A stretch of DNA of 48,505 bases, taken from the NCBI RefSeq assembly GCF_001194135.2, contig NC_068988.1:5182176-5230680 (forward strand). Direction: 5' to 3'. Position numbers and translations under genes: made by a program. The notes under the pieces were generated by a model. It was given only the letters and a program-made list of their open reading frames with translations, was not told the origin of the DNA and ran no database searches. This document shows, piece after piece, positions 22,960 through 34,219 of the stretch (position 1 is the first letter of the stretch; each line of letters starts with the position of its first letter). The stretch is from Octopus bimaculoides. Taxonomy: Eukaryota.

Positions 22960-23500
22960 TCATTTCTAATATAACATAAAACCTCAAACTTAGAGGAATT
23001 TATACTCAGACCATTGTACTCCAGTACTTGATTGGTATGTGTTGTGTCGACGCCCCCAGGCGAAGAAGTAGGATCTCCAAGACATATAAAGGTAGTCTGG
23101 CCGTGGTAGAGTGTTGAGTAGCAGTCGAGTAGCAGTTGTGTAGCGGTTGAGTAGAGATCATCCGAAGATGCTATTAGAAACCTCGTCGCCACTGTTATGT
23201 CTCAATGCTACACAGTGGTTGTGTGAGCTGCGAATCCTCGTTGTCACTGTTATGTCTCAACGCTACTGCTATCTAGCACTTTCGGATGATCTCTACTCAA
23301 CCGCTACACATCTGCTACTCGACTGCTACTCAATACTCTACCACGGCCAGACTACCTCTATTTATATGTCTTGGGAGATTCTACTTCTTCGCCTGGGAGC
23401 GTCGACACAACAGTATGTTATCTTTAACAAACTTGGAAAAATGAAAGGCAAAGTTAATTTCATCGGGAGATGAAATCGAAGCATAACAGTCATAAAAAAG
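22960..23500 (-). mobile_element. Decayed SINE family B, split by the foldback element
   Basis: Rejoining 23039 to 23418 gives CTCCAGTACTTGATTGGTATGTTATCTTT...ATGAAAGGCAAAGTT, collinear with the B copy at 35467-35680. Confidence 0.65.
23040..23412. mobile_element. Non-autonomous foldback DNA transposon, Ginger-like
   Basis: Termini TGTTGTGTCGAC...GTCGACACAACA; inverted arms 23040-23173 and 23274-23412; TSD GTATG at 23035-23039 and 23413-23417. Confidence 0.85.
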
Positions 23501-23689
23501 ACAAGCCTTTTGTTTGACACTCTAACGATTCTCCGACCCAGCCATATTGATAGTATTAACGTCGTAAGCTGATACAAAAGCACAAGCATATAGGAGCTCA
23601 GACAGTTAATTCTATGACTATTTAGTTTATCCACTTTGGAAAGATTTCTTGTGTAGACACAAGTCCAGAAATTTGGCGGGAAATGGACA

Positions 23690-24111
23690 ATCGATGATAT
23701 TGATCTCAATACTTGATTGGTATTTTTTTATCGATTTCGGAAGAATGAAAGTTAAGGTTGACCTTGACAGGATTTGAACTGAGAAAGTAAAGAGCTGAAA
23801 CGAATAACGCAACATATTTTGCTTAAGGTTCCAAGGAATCGCTCAACTTGCGACGAATTTGAACTCAAAACGTAGAACTAAAGACTTTTCTTGTCCACAG
23901 TTGAGGTTTCTTCCTTTTGACGACAGAGACCGTTGATTTGGAGGAATGACGCTGTTGATGAAAGACGACATAGACTATTAATAGTATTTTATCGACCACC
24001 GATATATGAAAAAGAAAATCTATTCGCGGGATTTGAACCAAGAACGTAAAGGGATATAACCAAAATGGTGAAAGGTGTTTGGCATGGTGCTCAGTTGATT
24101 CTGCCGTCTAC
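23690..24111 (-). mobile_element. Two further decayed SINE B copies (~23690-23836 and ~23975-24111)
   Basis: TATTTTTTTATCGA...ATGAAAGTTAAGGTTGACC...GATTTGAACT and TATTTTATCGACC...GGATTTGAAC...GATTCTGCC. Confidence 0.6.
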
Positions 24112-24199
24112 TGCAAGGATATACTTAATAAGAATAACTTCTTACACTAGTGCAAAACCACCAAGATGTTAAAGAATGATATAATGGTGATGGAATAAT

Positions 24200-24265
24200 A
24201 GTAGCGGTAGCAACAGTAGTCGCAGTCGAAGCAGCAGCAGCAGCAGCAGCAGCAGCGGCAGCAGC

Positions 24266-24307
<42 letters not shown>

Positions 24308-24320
24308 TGCTGTTGTCGTA
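24200..24320. repeat. Compound (GTA/GCA/GTG)n triplet arrays; also ~29985-30185, ~30960-31075, ~31150-31255 and ~36890-37010 (opposite strand)
   Basis: Directly visible. Confidence 0.95.
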
Positions 24321-25352
24321 GTGGTGGGGTGCTAATTTTTACCAGTGATGGTCGATCGTCTTCAATTCTGTGTGAATAAAGAAATAACTGAGAATGAGTC
24401 CGAGCCACGAATGATTTTCATTCATTCTTTCTTCATTAATTCATATTGTTCAGCCCAATTTTTCGCTTATTGACCCCTACTCCATCAATTTGTTTCTTAA
24501 TTTGAACCCTCTGCATCTTTTAGGTCGTTGTTTAACAAGAACTATCTTTCACTGTATTGCACTTAGCATAACTACATACCAACCACCAGGCAGAACCTTC
24601 TTCAACAAATATGCCGGGCCGTTTCCAGTGTACAAACTTGGTCAAAGTAAACAGAGGTTGGTCAATTTTAGTGTCCAGAATTTGTACTGGATTCAGAAAT
24701 ATGATATTCTGTTGTGATATTTATATTGTGCTTCACCATTTCAGGAATCCCAAACTTCTAATAAAAAAACAGATGAAGAAATACTAATTTCTAAGTATAG
24801 CTTACCTCAAACAAGCACTTAGATTACATAAGTTGCGATTCAGTATCAGACAAACAGGGAATCAGATCAGAATTGAAAAGAAAAAATGCAAAATCGAATT
24901 CTTTTCTGAAATGTGGTTTCTGATTGAATATAACTTTAACCAATTTAATCTTCTTACGACTCACGGAGGCTAGAGAAAAACCCTGTTTTCTATAGATTTC
25001 AACCATCATGTATTTAGTTGTTTTCCATGCATATTTATAAAAATATCCGGAGGGTTTTTAGCTCAACATTAATAGATAAACCCTAAAGGAGTCTTATGAC
25101 AAATATAGTGATTTTATCCGCCATGTAAATATAACAGTAAGCAACTCTTGACGGTTAGTGCGAAGAAGCTACATTTATGCCTGCAATAAGGTATTATATG
25201 TACATATATATATTCATACGTGTGTATATGTATGTGTGCGTGTGTGCGTTCGCACATGTGTGTATTTTGGTATGTATTTCTCTATTAACGTACGCTTGAG
25301 TATAGGAGAGAGAGAGAGAGACAGAGAGAGACAGAAATTGCTGTAGAAAAAG

Positions 25353-25392
<40 letters not shown>

Positions 25393-25544
25393 ATCGAATA
25401 AGAAGGGGGGTTGATGTAGAGTGTGTGTGAAGTTGAATAATAAGAGCAGCAGCGGCGGCAGAAGCAGTAGTAGCAAATAATGTATACGTAGAGATGATGT
25501 AAAGGTAGAAATAAAGAAAGACAAAGAAATTTCTAACCAAAAAA

Positions 25545-25957
25545 AAACAGGAATAGGAAATGAAAGCTTTGGAAGTAGAAGGTGTGGGTTGAAAGCAGGG
25601 GAGAGGTAATTGCGGTGAGAGAGAAAGAATGAATAAGAGAGAAGGAAAGAAAGAGAGAGGGAGTTGGGAGGGGGGGAATAATTTTAAGAGAGAAACTAGG
25701 AAAGAAAATAAGTGCGACAATAAATTAGTGAAAGTGGAAGAGGGTGAAAGGATGAGAGAGAGAGAGAGAGATGAAGGGATAGAGAAAATGTGAAAGAGGG
25801 GCGAGGAGAGAGGAGTGATGGGGAGGTTGGGGAGGCGAAAGAAGACAGCAGAAGAAGAAAGAAACAAAGCTGGAGTTAGTAGAACGGAGAGAGAAGTGAA
25901 GGTAAGGGATTGTAGAAAGACAGAATGAGAGTGGGGGAGAGAGAGAGAAGAGAGTGG

Positions 25958-25992
<35 letters not shown>

Positions 25993-26020
25993 CGAGAGAG
26001 AGAGAGAGAGAGAGAAGAGA
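25545..26020 (+). repeat. Purine-rich (GA) low-complexity tract
   Basis: Strong purine bias on the + strand; reciprocal CT-rich tracts at ~7810-8060, ~12580-12870 and ~20000-20310. Confidence 0.85.
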
Positions 26021-26989
26021 TGTAATGTTTGGTTGAAGGATTCCCGCAGAAGAAGACGGGCGAAAAGAGTTCGGTTATTTCCGATATCTGTGAAATGGAA
26101 GTGATCACTTAGCTCTCGGCACGTACATACATACAAACATATAAGAGTGTGTGAGGTTGGATGGTAAGACCAACAACAGCAACAACAACAGCAGCAGCAG
26201 CAGCAGAAGTAGCAGTAATAAGTGAAGTGTGCGTAGATAAATGGAATACAGGAATAAATGAAGAATGAAAGAATAAGAAAAATGTACCTAAACAATAAGA
26301 CTAGTGAAACAAATAGTATCATACACGTTCTTAATGTAATATATATTTACATATACATATACACATGCTCAAATGTACATACAAACGCACGCATATGTCT
26401 GTGTGTTTGTGTGTATGTGTGTCTGTATAGGTGTGTGTGTGTGTGCATGTGTTTGTACGCATGTATGTGTATGCGTGTGTGCATATAAATATATATATAT
26501 GTGTGTGTGTGTATACACACACACAAATGCATGTATGTTCAAAAGAAAAATGACTCAATACACTGTGTAGAGTATATCTATATTAGTAAACAAAGAACTG
26601 TTGCCTCGGGCAGCCATTAATAGGAGTTTCATAGACACAAAATAACGTGTTTGGTCGATCTCACATTCACCATGAATAGCGTTTTAACCAGTTTTAAGTT
26701 GAAAAGTAAATCCTTGCTGGTCATTGTCAATGTGTTGTTTCGTTATTGCAATACCATTTCAGAACACACACACACATATGTATTACTTAAAACAGTTTGA
26801 TTGTGTGTGCGTCGCGAGCGCGCGGCTGTATGTGGTCTATCGTATTACAGTTCTTGCAAAAAAGCTGCTTGGTCACTCGAACTCAACTTCTAGAACGAGC
26901 AAAAATGTATCAGTTGCGTTTTTGTGTCATTTGCATCGATTAAGAAATGGACTTCTATAGTGTCAATGGCAACGCATTGAAATCTCCAG

Positions 26990-27370
26990 AGATAGCAAGG
27001 AACCGAGGCACACCGCGTCAAACTTCTCTGGATAGTGAACCTGGGATGTACCACCGATATGACTGTAGTCATCACCCAGGAGAGTTTCAGCCGAGAAAGG
27101 AGCTAAACAATGAGATACCATCTCTCCAAAGCTCTCCACTGCATATCTTGAAATTGTCACATTCAACAGCTACTATAACGACTTCTATTCTTCTACACTA
27201 ACATGCTGTACGTTACCTACTTCTAAGTTAGCCAATACACTTGTCTCTCCTTTCTTGAAATCCCTGTTGTGACTCAATTCAAAAACACTGTACCGAACAC
27301 ATTTCACAAACATTCCACTCCAGTGATGCTACTCTCTGGAATTCATTACCTTCTTGTGTTTTCCCTCCAG
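26990..27370 (+). mobile_element. CR1/Jockey-group LINE 3' remnant
   Basis: LWNSLPSCVFPP near 27335-27370 is the typical terminal motif. Weak CSH and LQS motifs lie upstream. Confidence 0.4.
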
Positions 27371-27818
27371 GTAAGAGTAATATCGTCCTCATCGATTTAA
27401 CTGGTTTGTAGGGGGTCTAAAAAGTCAGAGATGCAGCCACACACCTTCCGACAAACCATAAAAAAACTATCCCACATGTAGAGATATAAATCCAAACTCC
27501 AGGGAAGGATACAACCGGAGGAGACACAACTCTACAAGGAAATCACAAATTTCATAACCACGACTTCATAAAATTCCACACAAACACAGAGGACAATAGA
27601 AACACACACGTACGCACACATACACCTACACAACACACATACACGCGCGCGCGCGCGCAGTTTCTCTATACAATTGTTCTTGCTTAACCCAGAAAAAAAG
27701 AACATAAAAGAGAAAACACGGTTACAATGTCAGTAGCTTCACAAACTCGCTCCCCCTCTTTCTCCCTCTTTGTCTTTCACTCCTCCATCTTCGTTTTTCC
27801 CACTCACTCTCTCCCTTC

Positions 27819-27868
<50 letters not shown>

Positions 27869-28100
27869 ACTCTCCTAAAACCTGCCACCGCCACTGTTGG
27901 TGATAAGTGTAGAGGAACAAAGTGGTCTGCAAGTGCTGCGGTCCTCAGTAGAACCAGCTGGAGACAGAAAGAAGCTGGACAGTAGAATGGTAAGGCATTG
28001 TGCCTATAGTAGAAAGGTGAGTAACCAGACTATAAACATTGCACACTAATCATTGCACGTGTGGTTAGAAGCAGAGTATGTGTGCGCATGTGTATATATC

Positions 28101-28443
28101 TTTGCGACAACGAGGGTTCCAGTTGATCCAATCAACGGAACAGCCTGCTCGTGAAATTAACGTGCAAGTGGCTGAGCACTCCACAGACACGTGTACCCTT
28201 AATGTAGCCCTCGGGGAGATACAGCGTGACACAGAGTGTGACAAGGTTGGCCCCTTTGAAATACAGGTAAAAACAGGAAGAGTGAAAGTAGTGATGAAAG
28301 AGTACAGCAGGGTTCGCCACCACCCCTTGTCGGAGCTTAGGTGTTTTCGCTCAATAAACTCTCACAACGCCCTGTCTGGAAATCGAAACCGCGACCCTGC
28401 GACCGCGAGTCCGCTGCCCAAACCACTGGGCCATTGCGCCTCC
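28101..28443 (-). mobile_element. SINE family C
   Basis: Collinear with 11376-11760; head GGAGGCGCAATGGCCCAGTGG. Confidence 0.92.
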
Positions 28444-28499
28444 ACACGCGCACACTTAAATTAGATCCTTAGATCTTACGCTTACATATCATTACATAT

Positions 28500-28541
<42 letters not shown>

Positions 28542-28614
28542 TGATAAGAGCTAACGTTCAAAACTTTCGGCACTATATAAAAGATATAATTCAATGTTTT
28601 ATTTATATATATAG

Positions 28615-28647
<33 letters not shown>

Positions 28648-28699
28648 ATTATTATGTTATATCATTATTTTTTCTTGTTTTTTTTTTGTTTTTTTTTTT

Positions 28700-29053
28700 A
28701 CTTTTTGCAGTCATTAGATCGCGGCCATACTGGGTCACCACCTTGAAAAATGTTTTGTCAGATGACTCGACCCCAGTACATTTTCTGTTTTTCTTTTAAG
28801 CCTGGTATGTAGTCTGTCAGTCTGTGTTGCCAAACTGCTAAGTTACAAGGACGTAAACACACCAACACCGGTTGACAAGCAGTTTGGGGAACAAGCACGG
28901 ATACGAAGGCACATACACATATATACACGAGGAACTTCCTTCAGTTTCTGTCTACCAAATCCACTCGCAAGGCTTTGGGTCAGCCGGAGACTAGAATAGA
29001 AGATACTTGCCCAAGGTGCCACATGGTGGGGCTGAACCTGGAACCACACAGCC
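28700..29053 (-). mobile_element. SINE family A with deletion in the head
   Basis: A tail, body and TTGGGCAAGT present; the head reads GGCTGTGTGGTTCCAGGTTCAG and lacks the segment between TGTGG and TTCC. Confidence 0.85.
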
Positions 29054-29056
29054 GGG

Positions 29057-29204
29057 GCAGGCGTGGGCTGTGAGAGGCTTTGTTAGATGGAAACTGAAAG
29101 AAGCCTGTTGTGTGTGTGTGACAGAGAGACAGAGAGAGACAGACAGAGAGACAGAGAGAGAGACAGACAGAGAGCGAGAGACAGAGAGACAGAGAGAGAG
29201 AGAC

Positions 29205-29239
<35 letters not shown>

Positions 29240-29271
29240 GAGAGACAGACAGAGAGAGACAGAGAGAGAGA

Positions 29272-29356
<85 letters not shown>

Positions 29357-29545
29357 CGTGCCTTTTGCGTCTGTTTGTCCCCCACCACCGCTTGACAACC
29401 AGTCTTGGTATGTAGACGTACCCGTAACGAAGACCGATAGAATAAGTACCCGGATTTTACAAAAAAGGAAAAGGACTGCAATCGATTCATTCGAGTAAAA
29501 CTTCTTCAAGGCGGTGCTACAGCATGGCCGCAGTCTGAAAAAAGT
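29057..29545 (+). mobile_element. SINE family A with head deletion and expanded internal microsatellite
   Basis: GCAGGCGTGGGCTGTG joins directly to AGAGGCTTTGTTAGATGGAAACTGAAAGAAGCC; about 250 nt of GACA/GA/GT repeats; GGCGGTGCTACAGCATGGCCGCAG tail. Confidence 0.85.
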
Positions 29546-30047
29546 TTCAAAAAAAAAAGGGAAAAAGGATATGGAGCGCACCTGGCTGTCTGCCTCCGCA
29601 TCGTCAGGTCTGGTCGACCAACGCCGACTTCGGATGAGACAATAACAACGCACCCGTGCGCGCGCGCGCACACACACACACACACGAATACGTACAAACG
29701 CACATACATATGCATACACGCTTACACGCATGCACGCCTACATACGCATTCGACCATGCATTGAGGAACAAAGAAACCCAATTATACGCTTATTCAAACG
29801 CACACCCACACATGACACGCTCATATAAACAGAAACTACCCACCCCATACATACACATATACGCGCGCACACACACACACACGCACGCACGCACACGCAC
29901 ACACACACACACAAGTGCACTAATACACACACACCCATCACTTGCGAAAACGCTGCTGACAATGGCAGAGGTTATGACGTAATAGCAGCGATATCAGAAG
30001 TCGCAGCAGCAGCAGCAGTAGCAGCTGGGGTAGCAGCAGCAGCAGTG

Positions 30048-30086
<39 letters not shown>

Positions 30087-30127
30087 ATGGTGGTGGTGGT
30101 GGTGGTAGTAGTAGTAATAGTAGTAGT

Positions 30128-30174
<47 letters not shown>

Positions 30175-30361
30175 TAGTAGTAGTAACTAACAACTGTGGT
30201 TGTTAACAGTAATTTCTCAGAAGACCAACAAATTTGTGGAGGTGGTGGGGGGAGTTAATCGATTACAAACCAATTCGATTATCAGCAACAACATCAACGA
30301 TCTGGTAGAAATAGCAGCTAAATATTCATCGTTGTAGCGTAGGATAAAGTTCTTTCTGTAA

Positions 30362-30670
30362 TGAGTTCAAATCCCGCCGAGGTCTAGTTTGACTTTCATC
30401 CTTTCAGGGTCGAGCTGGCAGAGTGGTTAGCACGCCGGGCGAAATGCTTAGCGGTATTTCGTCTGCCGCTACGTTCTGAGTTCAAATTCCGCCGAGGTCG
30501 ACTTTGCCTTTCATCCTTCGGGGTCGATAAATTAAGTACCAGTTGCGTACTGGGATCGATCTAATCGACTGCCCTCCTCCCCAAAAAATTCGGGCCTTGT
30601 GCCTGGAGTAGAAAAGGATCCGATAAAATACAACAAACGGTCGGGCCTTGTGTCTCAGAAGTTTTATAGA
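30362..30670 (+). mobile_element. Well-preserved SINE B (30411-30620) nested in an older SINE B
   Basis: The old copy reads ...CTTTCAGGGTCGA | ...CGATAAAATA. The inner copy has an exact A box TGGCAGAGTGG and a full body and tail. Confidence 0.85.
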
Positions 30671-30975
30671 AACAGAAACAGCGAGAACAACATTGATAGC
30701 AATAAAAACAACAGGAGAGCTTCTGAGAGGTGGAAGAAGAGCTGTTGTGATGTTCATGCCTTTCTCTCAGAACATTAAAGTTTGTCCTTTCGACGAGGCT
30801 ACCCATGCTCTCTCAAAACCCCAGATTAAGAGTCACAGGAAAGGAATGAACACCACCAACACGCAACTCCCGAATCAAGTCCGGTGGGAGAAAAAATTTA
30901 ATTCGGTTTACAGTTGACTGCTGGGAAAAATAAAACTAGGTGAGACATTCTCTTTGTGTAAGTAGTAGTAGTAGT

Positions 30976-31035
<60 letters not shown>

Positions 31036-31175
31036 CAGCAGCAGCAGCAGCAGCAGCAGCAATAGCAGTAACAACTGAGTGAATACAGTTACAGTATCTA
31101 GTTATAGCAGTAGCAGTTGATTTTTTTGTGTGATTATAACGGGAAAGCAGAGACGATACAGCTTCAGTCCTATGA

Positions 31176-31244
<69 letters not shown>

Positions 31245-31321
31245 CAGTAGTAGTAGTGATATCAAGTGTAATAATTAACAAATTGGTAAATTTGATTATT
31301 TTATCGGCTGTTAATTATGCT

Positions 31322-31545
31322 TTGGCAGAATCGTTAGAGCGTCGAGGAAAATTAATCTGCAGTTTAAGCTCTTTACGTTTTCAGTTTTCAGTTCAAATAT
31401 CACCAGGGTCGACTTTGCCGTTCATAAATATCGGGATCGATAAAATAAATAAAAAAAAGCAATCCGATCAAATCCTAAGGTTGGCACAAGCCACAGTTTC
31501 CTTTCCCTCAAAACTTTTGCCCTTGTGCCTATGCTAGAAATTTAT
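31322..31545 (+). mobile_element. SINE family B, decayed
   Basis: TTGGCAGAATCGTTAG...GTTCAAAT...GTCGACTTTGCC...ATCGATAAAATA...CCTTGTGCCTATGCTAGAAA. Confidence 0.75.
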
Positions 31546-32100
31546 GATCATCCAGACTATTACTTACTACCATGAACTAAACTGCAGCAGTAGTAGTAGT
31601 AGTAGTAGCGCAGCTGATTCGAAGAACTACTTTATTGACCAGATTTATGAAGTCGAGCCAGAATATGAATGTTGGTAAGGCCTCTGTGTCGGGTTGTGGT
31701 AAGTCAGATAACAGAAGGAGTGGGAGGAAAGTGTTAGTAGAAGGCAGGGGTGTTGGTGAGAGAGGTAACTGATAAACACTCAAAGGAAATGTTTACCCTC
31801 AGCTTCTCTTCTTGTATCACAACTTTTTAGATAAGAAGGAAGGGCTTGTGATTCAGCGAGTTTGAGTATGGCTGTACTTATTTTTGGTGGTGAGCGATAT
31901 CGGAGTTCACACCCACACTTTCGTATAATCCTATCTCACCAAACGAGTTTCAGGATTAGAGAGATATGCACCACATTCTGCCAGAGACTCGGTTCCACAA
32001 CCTTTCCCCGTGATAAAAAGGAAATGATTGTCTTATAGAAAAAGGGGTCAGGGATAGAAAGGTATTAGTCTACGTTTATAGACCCCCAAATATACTATTC

Positions 32101-32437
32101 TCTCTTTATTCTCTCTTTACTCGTTTCAGTCATTTGACTGCGGCCATGCTGGAGCACCGCCTTTAGTCGAGCAAATCGACCCCAGGACTTATTCTTTGTA
32201 AACCTAGTACTTATTCTATCGGCCTCTTTTTGCCGAACCGCTAAGTTACAGGGACATAAACACACCAGCATCAAGCGATGTTGGGGGGGGGGACAAACAC
32301 AGACACACAAACAAACACACACATATACATATATATATATACATATATACGACGGGCTTCTTTCAGTTTCCGTCTACCAAATCCACCCACAAGGCTTTGG
32401 TCGGCCCGAGGCTATAGTAGAAGACACTTGCCCATGG
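32101..32437 (-). mobile_element. SINE family A, little diverged; head lies in the gap
   Basis: Near-consensus tail and body up to CTTGCCCATGG at the gap edge. Confidence 0.92.
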
Positions 32438-32889
32438 NNNNNNNNNNNNNNNNNNNNNNNNNNNNNNNNNNNNNNNNNNNNNNNNNNNNNNNNNNNNNNN
32501 NNNNNNNNNNNNNNNNNNNNNNNNNNNNNNNNNNNNNNNNNNNNNNNNNNNNNNNNNNNNNNNNNNNNNNNNNNNNNNNNNNNNNNNNNNNNNNNNNNNN
32601 NNNNNNNNNNNNNNNNNNNNNNNNNNNNNNNNNNNNNNNNNNNNNNNNNNNNNNNNNNNNNNNNNNNNNNNNNNNNNNNNNNNNNNNNNNNNNNNNNNNN
32701 NNNNNNNNNNNNNNNNNNNNNNNNNNNNNNNNNNNNNNNNNNNNNNNNNNNNNNNNNNNNNNNNNNNNNNNNNNNNNNNNNNNNNNNNNNNNNNNNNNNN
32801 NNNNNNNNNNNNNNNNNNNNNNNNNNNNNNNNNNNNNNNNNNNNNNNNNNNNNNNNNNNNNNNNNNNNNNNNNNNNNNNNNNNNNNNNN

Positions 32890-32923
<34 letters not shown>

Positions 32924-33129
32924 AATGTATGTGTCTGTGTTTGTCCCCCCAACATCGCTTGACAACCGATGCTGGTGTGTTTACGTCCCCTTAACTTAGC
33001 GGTTCGGCAAAACAGACCGATAGAATAAGTACTAGGCTTACAAAGAATAAGTCCCGGGGTCGATTTGCTCGACTAAAGGCGGTGCTCCAGTATGGCCACA
33101 GTCAAATGACTGAAACAAGTAAAAGAGTA
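32890..33129 (+). mobile_element. SINE family A, little diverged, 3' half
   Basis: TTTGTCCCCCCAACATCGCTTGACAACCG...GTCAAATGACTGAAACAAGTAAAAGAG. Confidence 0.92.
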
Positions 33130-33959
33130 TTCCAGATTTTCATAAATACTAATTGAGAAAGGAGCTCGGAGTTTTGTAACCACAGATGAGTGTAAACGTC
33201 TAGAAATGCTGGGATTTTCCAAGAAATAATAAAACAAACTCATTTGTATGTTATAGAGTGGATTAGTAAAATCCTCCAGGAATTCTCCTTTTGAGATTCC
33301 TGGAATGAATGCAATCGCATATGCTTTAGATACACATATAAACAGTAAGGAAATACATGTTCTTATGTACAAAAGTGACATGCATACGAATTACGTGAGT
33401 GCGAGATTCGTCAATTTTTTAATGAGCGGTTTGAATTATAGGAAAGGAAACCTTAAATCTCAAAGAAACTAAATTTTCACACACACACACACGCACACGC
33501 ACTCCCACACATACACACAGACATACATGCATACATACTTATCGTTATTCTTCTATTAGTCTCATTCATTAAACGGTGGTTATGTTTAGGCACCGCCTAA
33601 ATCAGAGATTATTAGTTGATCACAATGACCCCAATATTTGTTACTGACAACTACTTATTGTTTCGTTTCATAATTACCAATTAACGTAATGATATTTTTA
33701 CATATCTTCTTTTAATCAGCAGAGCAGTGTCAAACACGTGGCTACGTTTCTCCTGTGTTTTCGTGTATGTTTGTATTTATGTATGTATGTATGTATTTAT
33801 GTATGTATGTGCGTGTGTATATATGGGAGTCTATGTATATATATATGTGCGTATAGCAGAGCGATACAGTGTGTGTTTGTATGTGAAAGGGAGAAACAGA
33901 ATATATACATGTATGTACCCACTAGCTATTCTCTTAGAAAGAAGGATCTGTGTGTGTGC

Positions 33960-34013
<54 letters not shown>

Positions 34014-34219
34014 AATTCAGAATAACGAGGCTAAGACATAAAAGAAATTCACAAGCAAGCATAACAAATATGTATTCTCATTATCAGCTACCAAACGAAT
34101 ATCAGGGTGGTTTCGACACCTGGGCAGGACCATTCAATCCGGCGGCGTCAACAGCGTTCACAACATAAACGCTGCCTGAGAATCAACTGTAATCAGCAGA
34201 AGCAAAACATTAACAGAGC

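Noticed and set aside
23181-23266. CRISPR-like direct repeats
   Set aside because: Only two units, inside a eukaryotic transposon, with no cas genes or array.
23040-23412. Solo LTR interpretation (TG...CA with 5-bp TSD)
   Set aside because: About 135-bp inverted arms make up most of the element, which is not an LTR property.
24490-24717. 75-aa ORF and possible exon on either strand
   Set aside because: Splice signals are mediocre and no homology was recognised.
29972-30193. Mucin-like poly-Thr/Ala ORF and similar poly-Ile, poly-Val, HT/VC/YI and ER/SL ORFs
   Set aside because: These are translations of di- and trinucleotide repeats, with no non-repetitive coding context.
33276-33303. Hairpin CCAGGAAT-T-CTC-CTTTT-GAG-ATTCCTGG as a terminator or pre-miRNA
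   Set aside because: Too short for a pre-miRNA, and intrinsic terminators are not relevant in this eukaryotic context.
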